Assembly (NCBI RefSeq): GCF_001194135.2
Contig: NC_068991.1
Location: 67,412,967-67,476,966, forward strand
Reading direction: 5' to 3'
DNA: 64,000 bases
Source: Octopus bimaculoides
Taxonomy: Eukaryota
Positions 58,245 to 64,000 of this stretch are shown one piece after another. Each line of letters begins with the position of its first letter. The first letter of the stretch is position 1. Position numbers and translations under genes: made by a program. A model generated the notes under the pieces. The model made no database searches, was not told the DNA's origin, and saw only the letters and a list, made by a program, of their open reading frames with translations.

Positions 58245-61200
58245 GTATGTATCATCATCATCATCATCATCATCGTTTAACGTCCGCTTTCCATGCTAGC
58301 ATGGGTTGGACGATTTGACTGAGGACTGGTGAAACCGGATGGCAACACCAGGCTCCAGTCTGATTTGGCAGAGTTTCTACAGCTGGATGCCCTTCCTAAC
58401 GCCAGAATGTATGTATGTGTATATATGACAGTTTCTATCAACCAAATCCACACATAAAAAATCTGGTTGGCCTAGGGCAGACTTTTATCTTGAAGCCAAC
58501 TTGATACTTTCTTGAAGTAATGTGTTTAATTTCAAAATAAAATTATTTGTGTAAAACATTTGTTTCAAAATAAATTTAAAATTCATAAGCGACAATAAAC
58601 CAATAGCCTACAATTTTATGATTTAAACAAATGAAAATTATTAAAAAATTATCGATTCTGTAATATGATTATTTGTGTATAAAGTATACAAGTGGCCCTC
58701 AAAAAATTTTCTGTGATTAAAATGACCCACAATGTAATTCGAGTTGGCCAGGCCTGGCCTAAAGGTATTGTAGAAGACACTTGCCTAAGGTGCTATGAAG
58801 TGAGATTGAACCTGGAACCATGTGATTTATAAGCAAACTTCATACCATACAGCTATGCCTGTGTCTAACCATGCCTGAACCTTTAAGTTAATAAAGAATA
58901 AAATTTTAGAAAGGTATAACAATGCACTATAGAACAAAAAATGGACTATATACCTGTTGTAACTTGGTTATCTATAGTCCGGTGATATTTCGGAATTAGA
59001 ATTCCTTAGATCTTATTTGCTGGAGTCTCTGCTATAAACTGTTTTCCAACGGTTTTCCTTTTTTCGGAAAAATATATTTCTGTATGCTTTGATTGATAAA
59101 AGTGAGTGTTTTTCAAGAAATATCACATTCTGCTTGAAATAAACCAAAATTTGGAAATTCTAATAGGAATCTTATAACAATTCTGCTTGTTACTGTGTTA
59201 CTTAGTCCATTGGTAATGCTTTCATGTTATTAGAGAAGAAGGAGGAGAAAGAAAAAGAGGGAGAAAGTAAAAGACAGAGAGAGAAAAAGAGGGAGAGTGA
59301 ACCATCCATGACATGTGGTAGGACGAATGTAATATTTATTACATAGTTAAAAAAGTTATTTGAAGAAAATGATATAGAAGAGGATAGTTAAAAATATAAC
59401 TTTAGCATAGGGGTGATGTTCTGATGGTGAGGTTAAAGGCAGAGAGAAAGGGGGTAGGAGAGAGAGGAGACAGAGAAAGATAAAGATGGTGGTGGTGGTG
59501 GAGGTGGCGGTGGTGAGTGAATAGTGAAAAATGTAATGCATGCACATAAGTGCAATTCCGTGAATATTCATGCTTATTTACATGGCTAGAGTGGCTGTGT
59601 GATAAGTAGCTTGCTTACCAACCACATGGTTCCGGGTTCAGTCCCACTGCGTGGCACCTTGGGTAAGTGTCTTCTACTATAGCCTTGGGCCGACCAAAGC
59701 CTTGTGAGTGGATTTTGTAGACGGAAACTGAAAGAAGCCCGTCGTATATATGTATATTTATATATATATGTGTGTGTTTGTGTGTCTGTGTTTGTCCCCC
59801 CAACATCGCTTGACAACCGATGCTGGTGTGTTTACATCCCCGTAACTTAGCGGTTCGGCAAAAGAGACCGATAGAATAAGTACTAGGCTTACAAAGAATA
59901 AGTCCTGGGGGTCGATTTGCTCGACTAAAGGTGGTGCTCCAGCATGNNNNNNNNNNTTCCGGGTTCAGTCCCACTGCGTGGCACCTTGGGTAAGTGTCTT
60001 CTACTATAGCCTTGGGCCGACCAAAGCCTTGTGAGTGGATTTTGTAGACGGAAACTGAAAGAAGCCCGTCGTATATATGTATATTTATATATATATGTGT
60101 GTGTTTGTGTGTCTGTGTTTGTCCCCCCAACATCGCTTGACAACCGATGCTGGTGTGTTTACATCCCCGTAACTTAGCGGTTCGGCAAAAGAGACCGATA
60201 GAATAAGTACTAGGCTTACAAAGAATAAGTCCTGGGGGTCGATTTGCTCGACTAAAGGTGGTGCTCCAGCATGGCCACAGTCAAATGACTGAAACACGTA
60301 AAAGAGTAAAAAGAGTAAAGGTTGTATCATACGTAAAGTGTTTTTGTTTATAGGGGAAAATAAGAGTGAATATTCATTTTATAAGTGCTGTGTGTTAAGT
60401 CTATTAAAATTGTGCATAAATTATATAAAGTGTATATATAAAGTGCATTAAGTAATCATATCATATTCCAGTTTTTTCACTTTTCAATGAGTAGCAGATG
60501 AACGACTATCTTTTGATACAGATGCAACACAGGCTATGCTTTCAGATCTTTTTGGATAAAGTTTCCAGAAAAAACTCAATAGGTTTACCATTAATTCCAT
60601 GAAATAGTCATGGGTTCCTGTGGCCATGCTGGAGCATCGCCTTTTAGCCAAAGAAATTGACCCCAGGACATATTCTTTGTAAGCCTGGTACTTATTCTAT
60701 CTGTCTCTCTTGCTGAACCACTAAGTTACAAGGATGTAAACACACCAACATCGGTAGGGATGGGGATAAATACTAATATAAAGACACACATATAAATTTA
60801 TACAAATATATATATATCATCATCATCATCTTCATCATCATTTAACATCCGCTTTCCATGCTAGCATGGGTTGGACGATTTGACTGGGAGACTGGCGAAC
60901 CAGATGGTTACACCAGGCTCCAATCTGATCTGGCAGAGTTTCTACAGCTGGATGCCCTTCCTAATGCCAACCACTCTGAGAGTGTAGTGGGTGCTTTTTA
61001 CGTTGCACTGGCATGAGGGCCAGTCTGGCGATATATATATATATATATATACAATGGGCTTCTTTCACTTTCCATCTACCAAATCCACTCATAAGGCTTT
61101 GGTTGGCCCGAGGCTAAAGTAGAAGACACTTGCCCAAGGTGCCATGTAAAATCTGAAAACTATATATCCTCCAAGGAGTAGAATCTCTGAAATAATGAGT

Positions 61201-62914
61201 AAATGTGAATTTCTTGCAAGAAATATTCTTTTCTACTCTATATCAATTTTTGAAATTCCACTAAAAATTGATAAAGCAAAGTATTCTGAAAGGCGTGGAC
61301 TGTTGGAAACAAGCCATTTCAATATGTTGTAATGACTGGAATTGGGTATTTTCAATGAAACCTTAACATCTTATAATCTCCTTGGACAAGACCAAAAATT
61401 GGATTGTTGATAAGGAAAGGGAATTCTGAGGAATTTAAAATAGCATGGAATATTTGTGGGGAAAACAATCCCCTTTGCTCGTCAAAACATACAGAAATAG
61501 TTTATTTCAGAAATTCCTCCCTCTTTTAGAATACATATTTTCAAACAAAAAAGTGTGATTTAAGGGAGATTTGGCTGTTATTTCTAGCATGATCAGTAAG
61601 GTTTAAGGTTGATAAAAATGATACATTTTCAAAAAAACGTTTTTTCATAGCATAAAAGAGTTTATGTTATTAATGGTGAGAAAATATTGAAAAACATTAA
61701 TACTTCTCAAAGTGGAAAAGAAACGAAGGTGGTCATGGGATATGTTAGAAACTCAGGGGAGAGGAGAAAAACAAAGCCTTTTTCGAATTTATTTTTTGTT
61801 AAAAAGATGCTCCAAATTATTTCTAAGGGCACCGTGAAAAAAAAATCTGAAAAATCCCCATCAAAACGGCGAAATTTCAACTTACGTGGGTAACCTATCC
61901 CTGACGTCCGCCTTTTTTTAACATTAAATTCCGATATAATCGTAATCTACAGGGTCTGAAAGATATTTGTAGGCCAATTTCATTTAAAATTACCTATTTT
62001 CTGAAAGTTACGAGGAAACAAACTCGAATGGGCACATTTGTATATGTATGCCAAATTTAGGTACATAATATAATACCTACTTATTTTATCGCATTCTCTC
62101 TTGCGCCAGAATTTAAATTATTAAGCAACACCTTAACGTTAAATGAAAATATTTCAGACATGATTGAATGACACAAACCTATTAACCCATACCTAGAAGT
62201 TATTCTTTTATCGTGAATTGAAAACTACTTTGATTCCCTTTTGATATAAGCACGTCAGTGATTTCCTCGAGTTTTATGATAAAAGTTTCATGTTTTAAAG
62301 AGATCTAAGTTAAAAATCTTCCGGCAAAATTTCGTGTTAATTTATGTTCAAAACATTATTATAATGACAAAATGATTTCGCTAAATTCTTTATTACTTTT
62401 AAAATCAAGTGAAACAAAGACAGTATAACTCAAAAGAAGTATGATAACGAAAGAGTACACAATTTATATCAGTTCCTTAACCAAAAATACAGAATATCGA
62501 GGACTTCTTCCCTAATTATGAACTCTTAAAAGCTTTCGGGCGAAACAAAACCCTTACTCGCACGTTGTCGAATTTTATTTTTATTTTTTAAGATTAGAGT
62601 TATGTCCCTTGTATTATTATTAATTAAGGTGATGAACAGGTAGCACGCCAGACAAAATGGTTTAGCAGGCATTTCATTCCTCTTTATGTTCTGAGTTCAA
62701 ATTCTGCCGAGGCCGACTTTGCCTTTCATCTTTTCAGGGTCTATAAAATAAGTACTAGTTGAGTACTGGAGTCGGCAGAATTATGGATTTAATGTTGACA
62801 TTATTATTCGGAAACGAAATCGACAAAAAAAAAAATTAAAAATAAAATAGTGCAACGGGTATAAAAACAAAGGTGCAGGAAACGAACATGAAACAAAAAT
62901 GCCCGGAAATCAAA

Positions 62915-63450
62915 GGGGGTGGAGGTGGGGAGAGGCCTTCGGAAAATTCACAAGATCCGATGTTTTTTCCCTCATAACTTTTAGGAAAAATGGTTTTTTT
63001 TTTAATGAAATTTTATATAAATACTTCCAAACGGCATAGATTACGAATATAAAAAAAATTTTGTGGGAAAAATCTTTTCCAAGGGAGTGGGGAGAGGACT
63101 TCGGAAAAGTCACAAGATCCCATGTACACACACACACACANNNNNNNNNNNNNNNNNNNNNNNNNNNNNNNNNNNNNNNNNNNNNNNNNNNATATATAGT
63201 AGAAGGACATGAAGCTTTCAAAGGGATATTTAGCATCCAAGTTCCTGAGGAAAAGCCTAATTTGTGATTTCAAAAGGATTACATTTTCCTCAAAGTTACG
63301 AGGGAAAAACTCGGATCTTGTGAATCTTGTGAATTTTCCGAAGTCCTCCCCCCGCCCCGTTACTTTCCGTGCATTTTTGTGTTCAGATTTGTTTCCTACA
63401 TGGGTGTGAAGATATCGATTTTCCTCAAAGTTATGAGGGAAAAACATGGG
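62915..63450. repeat. Element with ~70-bp inverted subrepeats, possibly a Helitron/MITE-type non-autonomous element
   Basis: ggggagaggccttcggaaaattcacaagatccga...ccctcataacttt at 62925-62990 is mirrored at about 63280-63355; the motif aaagttacgagg also occurs near 62005. Confidence 0.4.
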
Positions 63451-63458
63451 ATCTTGTG

Positions 63459-63500
<42 letters not shown>

Positions 63501-63519
63501 GGGAAATGGTCTAACAACA

Positions 63520-63790
63520 TTAAATAATCTCATCTATTCCACTGCAAAAGTAATAACAGCTCAACTAGGTATTAAGATGAAAAAGAAAAAGAGCAAACAT
63601 TTCAATAAACCTCTTAAGTGGAAAATAGCAACACAAAAAGGGATTGAGTTTGTGAGTAATTAGATCAGTTCTTGATGAACTTGTTAGAGGAGTAAACATC
63701 AAGACGAGAAAAGCTAGAAAAATCAAGCAAAAATATAAAATCAAAGATTTTATAAACCTCCCTGCAACTAAGGAATTGTTGAAACAGTAT
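63520..63790 (+). mobile_element. R4/Dong-like ORF internal fragment next to a (TAA)n array
   Basis: LNNLIYSTAKVITAQLGIKM...KPLKWK...(frameshift) LDELVRG...KQKYKIK...KELLKQ resembles the region upstream of RT in R4-clade elements (recalled). Confidence 0.55.
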
Positions 63791-64000
63791 ATACCGGTGA
63801 CCCCCAACTGTCTGACAAATGGGAATGTGACACTCTGAGTCACAGTTTTTGTGATGTTTTTGCAACTTTAATAAGAAAACATGTTGCTCTACCTTCTGTA
63901 TTTGAGTACTATTTTTTTCCACCATGTTTTGCAACATTGAAACTCCGACGTCTGGCAGCTGACTTGGCAGACGCCCATAAAATTATTAGCCATCTTACTA

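Noticed and set aside
11039-58318. Long ORFs containing X runs or poly-YI/HT/CV/R/F
   Set aside because: They run through N gaps and microsatellites; no protein signal.
58954-59079. 126-nt minus-strand segment with AG/GT ends
   Set aside because: Stop codons in all three frames.
59586-60320. Tandem duplications around 10-N gaps (also 2033, 5693, 23498)
   Set aside because: Identical sequence on both sides of a fixed 10-N gap is the signature of overlapping contig ends, not biological duplication.

Overview
AT-rich, repeat-dense eukaryotic genomic DNA with many N gaps. The SINE/LINE/microsatellite landscape resembles Octopus; that assignment is from recall, not a search. Three protein-coding genes can be reconstructed by hand with in-phase GT-AG splice sites. 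(1) MCM8 on the minus strand: 7 coding exons, 10334 to 2398, 246 codons, continuing off the left end. (2) PRORSD1/ProXp-ala tRNA deacylase on the plus strand, head-to-head with MCM8: join(13574..13660,19822..20247), 170 aa. (3) An ankyrin-repeat and SOCS-box (ASB) gene on the minus strand: join(33116..32091,24309..24100), 411 aa, with a probable TATA promoter and non-coding first exon near 53.7 kb. Most of the remainder is RTE and R4/Dong-like LINE 3' fragments, at least four tRNA-headed SINE families, Tc1/mariner (DD41D), pogo, piggyBac and Helentron-type non-autonomous elements, and microsatellites. The main unexpected signal is four sequence-unrelated type I hammerhead ribozyme motifs with complete catalytic cores (3296-3389 +, 18238-18282 -, 25105-25167 +, 51175-51273 +), plus several decayed ones. 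All four intact cores lie antisense to the gene whose intron they occupy (for 51175 this depends on the inferred ASB first exon). One sits in a 650-bp foldback element with a hammerhead copy on each strand. All folds were paired by eye and none has been tested.
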